From assembly GCF_036321535.1 (NCBI RefSeq), contig NC_087469.1, forward strand, positions 9,672,001 through 9,736,000: 64,000 nucleotides of DNA. The letters run 5' to 3'. This document shows positions 1-17,900 of this stretch, in pieces (position 1 is the stretch's first letter; each line of letters starts with the position of its first letter). The translations under genes and the position numbers were made by a program. The stretch comes from Camelus dromedarius. Its lineage: Eukaryota. A model generated the notes under the pieces. It had not been told where the DNA came from. It did no database searches and saw only the letters and a list, made by a program, of their open reading frames with translations.

Positions 1-150
1 ACTGAACTTCCAGCACCACCAAGGGAAATGGCGCAGAAAGGGAAAGTCAAAGATTCAGTGCTAGCCAGAGCAGCCCCCTCTCTCCCTCCCCCGCCTCGTG
101 GAGGGGAAAGGCCACAGGTGGGACGGGATGCTCCAGAGCCTGCGCTGACT

Positions 151-4771
<4,621 letters not shown>

Positions 4772-5399
4772 CCTGGGGCAGCTCCTAGGGAACCCAGTGT
4801 CCTGAGGGAGACAAGAAAACAGGAGATTACTGAAGGCCAAGCTGTGGGGGCCGGAGGGGGTCAGAGAGGCGGGCAGTGCGTTGCGCCAGGCCAGTACCCC
4901 GTGTCCCCAGGACTTCTGCCTTTCTCCACTCTTACTTGTCTGCCTGCCTGTGAAACCAGCTGTGATTAAAGGTTTAGCCTAATTACTTTTGTCTGCTTGA
5001 GCCCAGGGGAGGCAGGGGTGGGATGGAGAGCTGTCCTCCCCAGCCCTGCTCCCTCACTCACCTACCTTCTCATTCATTCAGGGAAGGTTGAGGGCTTACT
5101 GGTTGCTGGGCACCGCACTAAGTGCAGGGTTAGTTTCTGCACACGCCCGCACCCCCCCCCCATCACCACCCCCACTTCCACGTCTTCTGGAACTGACCTC
5201 AAGCCTGTAACTCCCAATGCTTAGCACACGTTAGGGTGTAACTGTTTATTGATAGTTGCAGAACCGTAAGCAAGGGGGAAGGAACTCCCTAGCTCAGGTC
5301 CCACGGGGTCACACCAAAAGCCCCACTGGCGCTGCGCTCCTGGTTGGGTCACTCAGCCGCCTCAGCTCCCTTTTACCCTTGACGTCAGTGTAGGCTCCG

Positions 5400-6130
5400 G
5401 TCTGGCAGGCTGGGGCTTCAGGGACCATGACCGGATGGCGCGTGGGCGGGAAGGCGCAGCGGCGGACTTCAGGCACAGTGCCCAAGCACCCTGCTTCCCT
5501 GGGACCCGGCAACACGCCCCCAACTTTTCTGTTCGGTTGGGAAAGCAATTGGAGCAGAAGGCGTGGGCGCAAGCAGGGCAGGCGACCGCACGTAGGCCGC
5601 CGAAGGCTCCTCGCTTCGGGCGCCGAGTGGCTTAACCTGGCGAGGTGGCCCTGGGCGGGGAGAAGCGGGAGGAGGGAGCGAGGCGGCGGGTTCTTGGCAC
5701 ATGCCCAGCCCCGTGTCCTCAAGCTACTCAGGACACCCGATTCGGGCTGGGAGCAGACGGAGGCCCAGGTGTAGGGGCTGGAGAGGTGCGGAGAGCCAGG
5801 ACACGTGCGACAGAGAGGAGCGGACGCGTCCTCGTCAGGGACAGCGCCTCAGCGGCCCCCAGGCCCAGAGACTGCCCCCACCCCAGAACCCGCAGTCGCA
5901 GAAACAGCTCCGGGTTGGATCAGAAACTGGGCCTCCAACAAAGGAGCCGCAACACCTGAGACTGCCCCTCCAGTCCCGCCCAGGCGACGCCCCTTCCCCG
6001 CACACCGCCCAGTACCTGAACGGAGGTGGGAGCCGGAGTAGGACGGGGCGGGGCCGGCGGGACACAGCGGGCGCATGCGCGTGCGCCCTGAGTGGGGCGG
6101 GGCCTCCGCCTGCATCTGCCCCGAAGATTT
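5400..6130 (-). promoter_or_regulatory. CpG island / upstream ubiquitous promoter of SLC37A4 with non-coding exon(s)
   Basis: High CpG; NRF1-type GCGCATGCGC 6071-6080; GC boxes 6045-6053 and 6094-6102. Minus-strand donors CAG|gtact (6015) and TAG|gtgagt (5061); acceptor ttttcttgtctccctcag| opening an exon at 4801. Confidence 0.7.
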
Positions 6131-6206
6131 AGGACTTCAGCCTGGGAGTCACGCTGGTCCCTGGGCTAGGACAGCGCCCCTTAGAGGTCGGACTCGTACT
6201 TCCCTT

Positions 6207-6977
6207 CTTTTTTTTGTTTCAAACATTTTTTTTATTGAGTTATATTCATTTTACAATGTTGTGTCAAATTCCAGTGTAGAGCACACTTTCTCAGTTATAC
6301 ATGAACACGCATACATTGTCACATTCCGTCAGCCACAAGATCCTGTATATATTTCTCTGTGCTACACAGTACAATCTTGTTTATCTATTCTGCATTTTGA
6401 AATCCCAGTCCCTTCCCACCCCCCCATCCTCCTGGCAACCACAAATTTGTATTCTATGTCTGAGTCTGTTTCTGTTTTATATTTATGGTGTTTTTTAGAT
6501 TCCACATATGAGCGATCTCATATGGTAGGTATTTTTCTTTCTGGCTTACTTCACTTAGAATGACATTCTCCAGGAACATCCATGTTGCTGCAAATGGCGT
6601 TATGTTGTCAGTTTTTATGGCTGAATAGTATTCCATTGTATAAATATACCACATCTTTATCCTGTCATCTGTTGATGGACAATTAGGGTGCTTCCATGTC
6701 TTGGCTATTGTAAATAGTGCTGCTATGAACATTGGGGTGCAGGTGTCTTTTTGAAGTAGGGCTCCTTCTGGACAGAGGCCCAGAGCGGGATTCCTGGGTC
6801 ATATGGTAAGTCTATTCCTAGTCTCATGAGGAATCTCCATACTGTTTTCCACAGTGGCTGCACCAAACTGCATTCCCACCAGCAGTGTAGGAGGATTCCC
6901 TTTTTTCCACAGCCTCTCTAGCATTTGTCATTTGTGGACTTTTGAATGATGGCTATTCTGACTGGTGTGAGGTGACA
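6207..6977 (-). mobile_element. 5'-truncated LINE-1 (ORF2 C-terminus, 3'UTR, polyA) with target-site duplication
   Basis: ORF 6454-6732 translates MFIAALFTIAKTWKHPNCPST...ATWMFLENVILSEVSQKEK (L1 ORF2p C-terminus). Flanks ttcccttctt (6200-6209) and ttcccttttt (6978-6987); minus-strand junction reads tt|aaaa, the L1 endonuclease site. Confidence 0.93.
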
Positions 6978-7249
6978 TTCCCTTTTTAACTGACGGCATT
7001 CAACAAACGTTTATTACTGAGTGCCTCCCGCTATCAATCACTGTTCGCCAGTTGTTCAGTCTGGGAAATGTCTGGTAAGAGAGCAGTGTTTTCTGTAAGA
7101 AGTTAAGGCACTCCTCAATAAATACAATTTGAATATTCAACTTGTGGCCAGACTGTTGGGGACAGAGTTAAAAAACAGAATAGCCAGAGCGTTTAAAGTA
7201 TGGGTCCCGAGTAAAACAGAAGGGCTATTGGCTCAGCATTAAGTTCAAA

Positions 7250-7340
7250 CCTGGCTGAGCCACGTAAAATACCTGATTCCTTGGAACAATTACTGAACCT
7301 CTAGGAACTGATTACCTGTTTGTAAAATGAGGTTGTTACC
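7250..7340 (+). mobile_element. Degenerate MIR SINE fragment
   Basis: MIR-core-like text (ttcaaacctggct...ccttggaacaattactgaacctct...tgtaaaatgagg); boundaries approximate. Confidence 0.5.
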
Positions 7341-7543
7341 TTAAAATGGACATTACCTAAAAATACCTGGAACACAGGGGTCCAAATAATGTCAGGAGGA
7401 AAATAAAACCACAATCTTTGTTTTCATGAGAAAAATCACATACATGACTCTACTAAGTCCAAAATGTTAATTGTATTAACATTTGGTATTGTAAGTAATT
7501 TATTATTCAAACTTCTGCTTTCCAAACTGTCCATAATAAACAC

Positions 7544-7675
7544 NNNNNNNNNNNNNNNNNNNNNNNNNNNNNNNNNNNNNNNNNNNNNNNNNNNNNNNNN
7601 NNNNNNNNNNNNNNNNNNNNNNNNNNNNNNNNNNNNNNNNNNNNNNNNNNNNNNNNNNNNNNNNNNNNNNNNNNN
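7544..7675. other. Assembly gap (132 N), probably covering the HYOU1 cleavage/polyA site
   Basis: N run about 1.3 kb past the HYOU1 stop; a GU-rich gtgtttatt lies just distal on the minus strand. Confidence 0.85.
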
Positions 7676-8987
7676 AGCCTCAACTGCTAGTGAAACAACT
7701 CAAACATATAGGACGGGGTGGGACCTTTAGGTCTCATTTCTGCCAATGTGGCAAAAAAAAAAAAAAAGAGGAAAAAAAGACAAGAGACAGACACAACCAG
7801 GCTCCCCTCTGCTCTGGGAGCTGGGAAGGCGGCCCTGGCTCCTACTACAGATGGGACCCTGGAGGGCAGGCTGCCCAACCTCGGTGTGGTGGGCCCCCGT
7901 CCCAGAAGAGAAATGCACGAAAGGCCAGCCCATGCCCTCTTCCTTTCCCCACAAGGCCTGTCTCCAAGAGAGCGAGGTGGCATTTTTACATTCACACCAT
8001 AGTCTCTCCTGCCCCCAGGGTCTTGGGATTGGGGCTCACAGTAGAAAGCACATTTTGGTCAGCCCAGGGGGCCAGGGGGTGAGGGAAAGGCTCTGTCTGG
8101 GAGGGCAGAACAACAGGGGAGAGTAAGGGTAGGAAGTAGAGGGACATGGAGTACCAAGCTACTGGGACTTTGCAGGATGCTGGCATCCTGTGTCAGCCAC
8201 TCCATGGCTGCCCTAGGCCCAAGAGTCCACAGGTGGGGGAGCTACAGGGTTTGCACATAGGTCTCACTCCCTGGAGAGGTGGCTGGATTCCCTCTTCTTT
8301 TTATCCCTGCCACCAGGGCTTGTACATGTGGGCGGGAATCGATCTAGATTGACTTCAGCCAGTTCAGATGGAAAGGCTCTGGGCAAGAGGCAGAGAACTG
8401 CCCAACTTGCAAGAGGAAGCCAAGGAGACCCATGGGAGGAAGCAATGGGGACTGGGATTTTAGGGAAAGAGAAGACCTTGGAGGAGGCAAGGGCACAGAC
8501 AGGTACCCAGAAACCAACCTGGTAACCAAGGCTCTGCAGACACTGGCCCATGTGGCGTTGACCTTGTGGTGGAAGAGGGAGGGAGGGTTGGAGGGAAGGA
8601 AGGACAACCAGAGAAGACTGAAAACTCTCTAATATCCCAGGACGCCCTTCTCACCACCAGGTCTGTCAACCAACCACTGACGGCCATTCTCTCACCTACC
8701 CACAGGCAAAGAATTAAGACATAATAGTGATTTTTCCCAAATTAGGGCCTGGATGGGTAGGGAACCAGGGGGTGGGATTGGGGAACAGAACATTTCTTTA
8801 ACCACAGTACTACTCCAGAAGGAACTGGTGAGCTGTCCCTTCCCCTTCTCCACGCCTCCAATGGCAGGTGAGAGAAGAGGAACAGAACCCTCTGAGGGCA
8901 GGACCAACCCCTCCCCCAACCCTCGGTGTTCAATAAATAGAGGTGGGGGGGGGGGGCCGGGACAAGTGGGGAACTGGGAGGTGGGGG

Positions 8988-11900
8988 TTATAGTTCATCG
9001 TTCTTCAAAGTTCGCTTCTGTCCTGTTGGCTGCTCCTTCTGTTCGGATTCTGGTGGGAGTAGGGGGAGAGCAACGGAACGACAGCTGATGAGATGGAGGT
9101 AACTGGGCCAGTTCTGGGCAAATGTTTCCCCCCAGACCCTACCAGGCTTCCCGGCATATCCCCTGCTCTGCTCTCACCTGCTCCGGGACCACCTAACTCC
9201 AGAGGTTCAGAGTCTGCTGATTCAGATCCTGCTTTCAGGAAGGAATGGGTTAGTGTCTGCAGAGGGAGGAAGGGGCTAACTAAGGGGTTGGCAAACTTTC
9301 TGTAAAGAGCCGGACAGTAAATATTTCAAGATGTGTGAGCCACACTCAGTCTTTGTGCATATCTGGTTTTGGAAATAACCTTCTAAAAATGTCAAGACCA
9401 TTCACAGCTCAAGGGCTGTCCAGGAAGAGGCTGTGCCTGCCAGTCTGCCGACCCCTAGGCTAAGCGATGTTCACATTCCCAGTTTCCCCAACTCACGAGT
9501 CTCTTTCTCAGGTTCTGAAACAGGCTTTGCATCTTCAGTCTGGCCTGGAGGGAAACCAGTACGAAAATGTAGTCCCTGGAGGGAAAGGAAGGCTTCTTCC
9601 TGCCCAGTAGCACCTGGAACCAGGCACCCTGCCCTCACCTGGTGGAGGAATGACCTTCTCCCCCTGGTCACTGGTACTGGCGTTGAGGGGAGGCTCTGCC
9701 CGGGTTCCATTCTTGTCCTTGGGCCGGGGCCGGGGCTTGGCAAACTTGGCCTTATTGAGCAGATACTGCACCTCACGGTCCAGGGCCATCATCTTAGCCT
9801 CAATGTCTTTTGAGAGCAACACGGGCTTCTCTGTGGCGGGAAGCTTGGCCTGCTCGGCCACGGTTGCATTCTTCCAGGCCTGTGGGAGAGGCCGGGACAT
9901 GCTCAGAGGCGGCCACGGAGACAGCAGACATCTGTACCACGTGATGAAACACACCCCCAACCAACCTCAGGCTCTTCCCTCAAACTCCCAATCACTCTGC
10001 TACTCGAGGCCATCGGCCCCATGGGGGTAAGCAGACTCCTCAGAATGGTCCTGGAGTCTCTCCACGAGGGACTCCCAGAATACACGTTTCTGGCTGGCAC
10101 CCCATTACTTTGGACTAACTACAGCTGAACCTCTTGATTATTCTGTTCTTGTTTACTTCTGAGCTGTGGTTCAAAGAAAAGTCCCCACACACCCAAAACA
10201 TTTCTGCTTCACATGACAAATCATTCTTACCTCCCCAAACCCCAAAGCCCACTTTCTGCATCTAGCTCAAGTCCCAGCTCCTCAAAGCAACTTTCTCCAA
10301 CCTCACAGGGACGGGCTCTGTGCTCCTCTGGTCGACGACTCATGGCTTATTTGGGACCAATCAGACATGGCCTCAAATGCAACCATCTCTTGCCCTCCCA
10401 ATTAGCTGCCAAGCCAGGAGGCAGAGTCTCCACTTCTCCCCATCTCCCACACTGCCTAGGATGGCCCACCTCGCCAGATAAATCTCCAGGTAAGTATTTA
10501 CACAGGGATTACCCAGGTCTCGTTGATGACTTTCTCTAACGTTGTCATCTCCACCTCCGTGAAGATCTGGTCCATCTCTGGGATGAGCCGGGCCCCTCTG
10601 CAAGCCACGGAGGAGACAATCAGCCCAGGAGGGAAGGGATCTGGGGGGTGGGGAGTGGGAAGTTGATGGAAGGAGTTGGTGGGCTTGGCAGGACTGAATG
10701 AGAAGAAAAGGCAAAGGAGCTGCTCACTTGAGGAACATGCTGGAATGGTTGAGGAGATTATCAAGGGCAGAGAGCCGTTCAGGCCACTTCTTGCGCTCTT
10801 CCACCCGGAAAAACAACCCTTGGCACAGCTTCTTCAGCTCAGCCAGCTTCTCCTTCAACATCTGATGGGTGCAGGAGTGGGAGAGGGCGGAGGGGTTGAA
10901 GGGATGACAGGGAAGCCCTGGAGCCAGCCCTCCATCCTTTTTTATGGCCTTACCCCTCAGCTCGCCTCCCTTTCCCTGACCCCAGAAGAGGAAGGAGAGA
11001 GCACCCATCCTGTCCCCATGTCCCAGGAGGCCCCTCACCACTGTGGTGGCCCCAAAGCCCTCATCTTCCAGCCAGGTGGATGTGGCGCTGAGTCTCCCAG
11101 AGATGTCCTCACGCTGCTCCTCAGTGGACACTTCCTGGTACTCAGACTGGTACAGCTTGTCCTGGGGAGGTGCACGCAGGACAAGCATGCAGCAGGCCCT
11201 GCGGGCAAGGCCCACGGAGCTCGCCCCACCACAACGCCAGACACAGGGCAGATGTGCCTCCCAGCTGACTGACCTGGGTCTCAAAGATGAACGCTTCTAA
11301 GCTATTAGCCGCTTTCTCCCGTTCCTGCTTCTCTAGGTCCCGCAGCGTCAAGTCCTGGAGTCTGTGTGACAAGGAGTGGCAGGTGTGGGTGGCGCCGTTC
11401 CACGCCCTGCCCACCCTCCACACACTCGCAGTCCTTACTTACTTCTGAGCCGAGTGGGCCAGCTCATCCTCGGTCAAGTCAGGCAGGTCCAGAACGACCA
11501 GCTCCACCCCGATCTCCTCCACCATTTTCTGCTTCCGGGCTGGCTTCTGCTTCTTTCCTTCCTCTGGGGCTGGAGGGACACCCTCAGACCCCACCTCCCC
11601 CTTCTCACTCGGCTTCTAGAGGGAAGAGACAAGGATGTCACAGGAAGCGTAGGCCCTTCTTTCCTTTACAGGCAGAGCTCTGGGGGACAGGAAACAAGGC
11701 AGGCACCTGTCCCCTCAGCCTGTGGGTCCAGGCGGGCCTTACTCTGCTTACAGCTCACCTGGGCCTCTGGCTTTTCCCCACTGTCTTTCTCTGTGGCCTT
11801 TTCTCCCTCAGGGGCTGCATCCCCCTTAGGCTCAGAGGGTGGGGGCGGAGAGGTGTCCTCTGCCCGGGCCTCTGCTTCCTCCTTGAGCTCTGCTTGCTCC

Positions 11901-14900
11901 CCAGGCTCATCCTTGCTGCCCTCAGCAGGGCCTTCCTCCTCCTCCTGGGAAACAATCACACCTGCCGGTAAGTCACTAGTGAAGCCCATGGATCAGGCCT
12001 GGCTCAGCAAAACCAGGTCCCCTGGCACTGCTCTGAAGGTGTTCACCACCCATGACACAGTTTTGGGGGGAGACAGAGGATGGCTGTATGGAGATGGGGA
12101 GTGGGCTGTCCGGGCTGCAGCAGTCTAGCTGGACACAAAAGTGTCTGGAGATGAAGGTGGGCCTTGGAGCTGGGGCACAGGGCCAGCTTACAGTCTAGAG
12201 AAGGGTATGGTAAATTGGGCTTGGGCTGAGAAGAAGGGGAGGTCTATTACATCCTAGGCACTGGGAGGCCCACCCCAACCCCAGGAGGCCCACCCCAACC
12301 CCCTGCCTCTGCTGCTGCTGCTGCTTGGACCCATGCACCATCCTCTGTGCTCCATCCTGCCTTTACCTGGACGGTGTCGGTCCCATTCTCTTTAGTATCT
12401 GGTGTAGAACCACCTCCAAACAGGCTGGAGATGGTGTTGCCAAGTTCTAGAAAGAAGACAACCCAAAGACTCAAAGGGGACCACAGCAATGACTCCACCC
12501 ACAACCCTAAAGACAAGGCCTGCCTGCCCCCCCAAAATGCATACAAGTCTACTCTCATACACACACGCACACTCATCTTACTGGTCAAAGTAGATTCCTC
12601 TTCTGGGCTGTCCTCCACCAGGGTCTCAAACACAGACTCCACCTGAAAATAGGGATCAAAGGTGAAGAAACACACACTGACCCAGCTTTTCTCCACAAAC
12701 ATCCTGCCATGGGGGAGTGTCTGCTCAGGCACAACCATGTGACTCTCAGCTGTGCTGGCCTGTTCTCTCACTTGCCTCCTTCCACGGGCTCTTGGATCAA
12801 GTCACCTCTACCCTCACTGATTACGAAGCCTCCGGGAGGGGATTGTAGCTCCCCTGCCACTCAACACCCCCAACTTCTCCTCTCAACAGAATGTGTTATT
12901 GCCCACATGTTCTAAAACGTATTAACCCCCAGATCACAACTGTTCTTCAAATGGGTTCTTCAACCATTCTATAAATTCTGAAATTTACAACAGCCATCAG
13001 CACTTACAAGCTCTGAGAAGGCCCACACCCCACACCAGGTCCCTGGTTAGCTTTGTTTAGCTCAAGATCGATCCAACTCCAAAACCCAGTTCCTATCATG
13101 TTCTAACACCATGAGAAACTAACTGCTTTGGAAAGGTTGGTGGGACATGGGCCCCTGCCTTGCACAGGGTCCACTGCTCTCACCCTGTCCAAGCTGAGCA
13201 CGCCACTCTCATCCAGGTTGAAGTGAGCCTTGATGCCCTTGGACTCATAGTCAGGATACTTCTTGAAGCTCTCACCCACGCCTTTTAGCTTCACTGTAGT
13301 CAGATTCTGGGAGCCAAATACCCTGGTTGGGCAGGAGACAGCTGTTCAGAGGAGCTCTCCCCAATGGCCTGCCTCCAGCTCTAGCCTACACGGCCCCCTG
13401 GCACCAGATGCTGGGGCCCTCCTCAAGGACACACTCAGGACGGAAGCACCTTTCAAAGGAGCAGCTCAACCTAACCCCAAAGCCACAGCCTGCTTCCCAT
13501 GTCACCCTGCAGACCCCAAATCCTCCCTCCCTGGAGCCCCCATCCTGCCCCACCCCCTCACCGAAGATCCTCAGGCCCCAGGAAGCCCAGGTCACCATAG
13601 TTGATGTGGAAGTTGAAGTCGTGGCTGTAGCGGTTAAAGGTGATGACTTTGCGCTGAGGGTAGGGCCCCATCCGGGAGAAGAGGACACGCTTGTTGTGCT
13701 TCAGGCTGCGAACCCCAGGCTCTTCCTCGACCTCCCTCGTGAACTCCACCTACACAGCAGGTGGAAGAGGAGGCACACTGGAGAATCAGAGAAGGTTTGA
13801 GGGGGAGAAGAGGTGGGGAACACCAACCGGCAGGAAGACAGAGGGACAGGCCAGAGCAGACAGAGGAGATCACGCTGGGAGAGGTAAAAGGAGCCTGTCA
13901 CCCGATCAGACAGGCTTACTCACCAGGATAGGGTAGATCACTGCGTCTCGGACTACAAACGGCTTCACCTTGAAGGCCTTGCTGAGCGCTGCGGCCTGGT
14001 ACACGGCCCCCATAGCGGCGGCTTCGTCTGCATTGATGTTCTTTCCTAGCTCCTCCCTGTGAACATCCCAATCCTCAGCACCATCTGCTCTGCAGCTCAC
14101 AGCCTGGCCTTCCTCCTTCAGCCCCCCAGCTGCCCAGCCCCCACACTCACTTGCCCACAGCCTTCAGCAGCACTTCCTGAACTTTGGGGACCCGAGTGGC
14201 ACCACCCACCAGGATCACCTGCTCAATTTCATCCTGCAGAAAGCGGGGGAGAAAGAATGTGCAATGGGTCAGCAAGTCCTCAGCCCGATTCTTCCCTGAT
14301 GTTCCTGCTCCCTCCTCCCTGCCACCTCATCACTCTCTCCCACTTGTCTCCCTGCCAGGCCCACCTCTGACAACCTGCTCACCAGATTCATCTGGGCGCT
14401 CTGGAGGGCCTGCTGCACAGGCCTGGGCACCCGCTCAAATAAGTCTGCACACAATTCTTCAAACTCTGCCCGAGTCACCTTGGCCTTGAAGTCCACATCG
14501 TCCATCAGGCCTTCAATCTGGGGGAGAATGAGGAGGGTCAGAGTTCTCACCCAGGTCCTACTCTCTGGGTAGGAGGGTCTGACACCAAGGGAGCAGGATG
14601 CTGGGAGGATGGGAGGACAGCAGGGGAAGAAGGGATGGGCCACATCAGGCACTAGGAGCTGAGCTAAGGTGGCTCCTCTACCCCTGGGTGGGGAACATTT
14701 GCCCTCAGGCAGCCACACGTGGGCACCTGTGCCATGTGGTCCGCGTTGGCACTCAGGACAGTCTTTAGTCGATTGGCCTCACGCAGCAGCTTGGCCATGG
14801 CGCGGGGGTTCTCCCGCACGTCCTTTGTGCCCTGCCCCTTGCGCTGCTCATTGAAAAGCCCAGCCAGGTGTTCACGCAGCCGGAGCTCCATCTCCAGGCC

Positions 14901-17900
14901 CCCCAGGGTGCGGTCAAACCTGTTGAGAAAAGGGAATGGGGAGACGTGTGAGGAACATTAGGGGTTCCTTCACCCACACAAAAACCTGACTCTCAGCCCA
15001 CGTGGCTGACACCTCTCAGTGACAGTTCATCCGCCCATTCCTGCAACTGTATTTCCTGGGCGTTCACTATGGATTTGTCTTATAAGAGAGAGAGAAAAAA
15101 AAAAAGAAGGCAGGGGCCCCACTGTCAAAAAGTTTACAATCTAGCAATCAAATAATCATATAAATGTGAAATTTTAACGACCCCATGTGTTATAAAGGAG
15201 AGGCAGACAATGCCACAGAACATATACATGGAAACTTCGCCTACTTAGGAATGTCAGGGAAAGTTCTGTGAAGAAGGCTTGAGCTGAAACCTGAAGGGTG
15301 AGTTGGGGCTAACTGGTTGAAGAGGAGAGAAAAGAACATTTTAGACCAAGGAAACAGTATGTGTCAAGACCATGAGGTGGGACAGAGGATGTTGAGTAAG
15401 TCCATGGAGGGCAAGTATGGCTGGAGCTCAAAGAGCGAGAGGCTCAGGGCTGGAGCCACGCAGGGGGAGTCAGGGCGCACAGGGAGTCTTACAGGCCAAG
15501 GATAAGGTTTGGAGCCACTGAAGGGTTTTTACAGAAACAGGTTATATTCAGGTTGGTATTTTGAAAAGAATCCTCTGGCTAAAACGTGGACAAAGAATGG
15601 AAAGGAGACTACACTGGTAGCAGGGAGATCTTCTGCAATTCCGCAGGAGAGAGGCGATGGCAACCTGACTAGCGAAAGATGGAGAGAAAGGAATGGGTTC
15701 ATGAAATGAAACGTCAGTTATAAGTAAACCAGAAATGCCGAGAACGAAAAATGACTGTATTTGACATCCTACATGTGGCCTATAGCCTCGTGGATTTCCT
15801 TAGAAGCAGCTCGGGAAGTTCTCTGCATTTCAATCTTCCACACTGTCATCCCCCAGCTCCATCTACCCCTTGCTCTTTGGGAGAGGTATTCCCCAATGAC
15901 TGATGCTTACCGAGGAGAGTATTCCTGCGGGAAGCAGGACAGTGAGGGAGTTGCCCCTCTAAGAAGAAACCCCTGGTCTGAGGGTATGTCATCAAGCAGT
16001 GCTCCTCCCAGCACCCACCTACCCGACTCCCCGGATCTGTAGCTGTGGCTGCAACCCCGCATCCTTAGTCTTCACTGTCTGGTAGGTCACGATGGTGCAC
16101 ACGGTGCTGCCTGAGCCCATGTCATAGAACATAATATTCTGCAGAGACATCAAGGCCACTGTCACAGGAACCTTATCCAACTCCAGGGTGCCCGCCTGCC
16201 TCCCAGGGCTGCACCAAATCCAACTTAAAGCCAAATGGCTCCAAAAGGGGCCGGGGGCGGGGCGCACATTGCTGCCTTTTGTCAAGGGCCAGCCATGCAA
16301 ACAAGATGCAAAACCAGCCAAGTGGCCTCCATCCTCAGACTCAGCCACCCTGCAAATCTGGGCAGCAGTTCCTGCCTGGCTCACCTGCGCAGTGGTGTTG
16401 ATGTCCTTCCGGCGGAAGACCCCGTAGCTGAGGGCAGTGGCAGTGTTGTCGTTGATGAGCTGCAGCACTTTGAGGCCGGCCATGCGAGCGGCCTGCAGCA
16501 CCGCTCGGCGCTCGGCCTGATTGAAGAAGGCCGGCACGGTGATCACTGCATCCTTGATGGGCTGCTCTATAGGGGGACAACAGAATAGGGTTCCCACCAG
16601 CTCCATACCCTGGACAAGGGTTTCCTTAGACAACTGCCATTTGGGGCCAGATAATTCTGTTTTGGGGGGCAGTCCCCTGCAGCCTATGTTTGGCATCACC
16701 CCTGGCCTCTACTCATTAGATGCCAGTAGCAGCAGCTCTCCAGTGGTGACAACCGAAAATATTTTCAGACATTGCCATATGCTCCCTGGGAGGCAAAACT
16801 GCCTCCATTAGAGACCTGAGGGAACCCGGCTGCCACTGGCCCCACCTTGGCCACTCACCTGCAAAATCTTCAGCCAGGGAACGGGAGTAATTGAGAAGCA
16901 TGCTAAGTACCTCCTCAGGCGAGAACTGCAGCTGCCTGGGGGAGGGAGGCAGTTAGAGGCGAGGGAAGCCAGGCATGGAGGTGAGGATAATGGTGAGCAC
17001 TTGCCCGTGAGGCTCCTGGCAGGCCCGCTGAGCCCTCCTTCCCCAGCAGAGCACTCACGGGCTGATCTGGAAGTATACAGTCTGCCTCTGTGGGTCAAAG
17101 CCCAGCTCATGCTCTGGGAAGCGTGCTCTGTAAAGGGCCACATGGGGGTTATTCTCCTGCTTCCCCAGGAGATGCTGGAAGTAACGCAGTGTAGCCTTTG
17201 GATTCTTGATGGCCTGAAAGGAGGTAAAGAAGCAGCAGAGTATTAGGCTCTCAAGCCTGCCGTCACTATCCTCTTACATCAGAGGCTGCCCAGGGAACAG
17301 ACTTGAGGGTCTGTCACCTCCTTTCCTTTGCCCACAGCCTCTGGGAAGAGGGTGGGCTGCTAGCTCACCATGCTTGCTGCACTGTCTCCAAAGAATCTTT
17401 CATTTTCTTTCAGAGTCACAGTCACTGGGGTTTTCCTCCGGGATTCCCTGAGGAAGAGACATTGGGACTAGGTGCCTACTGTGGGAGGTAGACGCTGGAG
17501 CCTCAACACCTCCCATACGATCACTCACTCAAACACCAAAGTCTGGTGAGGGCACAACGAAGACCCCACAGCAGCTTGGGGTCCAGACTCCCTTTTTCCC
17601 CACCCCCGTGGGGCCGCCCTCACTTGTTCAAGACAATCTCCATGGGCACTCCAGGTTTGACGATGGCCACCTTCATGGACTCACTGCCCAGGTCCACAGA
17701 CATCACTGCCAGCGTGTCTGAAGGGGAAACAGATTTGTCAATTAGCCCCTCCTCCCCCACCTCCCTGAGGCTCCTCTAATCAAAGCATACCACTTTCTAC
17801 GGAGAAAGTAAAACATCAAAAAATAAGGGCTCTGTCTAGCAACTCAAGAGCCCAGAGACTTTCCACCACAAGCCTAATCACCTCCTCCCACCGCGTATCA

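Noticed and set aside
11376-12128. 250-aa + strand ORF and similar long ORFs antisense to HYOU1, SLC37A4 and VPS11 exons
   Set aside because: Shadows of GC-rich coding exons; no Kozak or splice logic and no recognisable domain.
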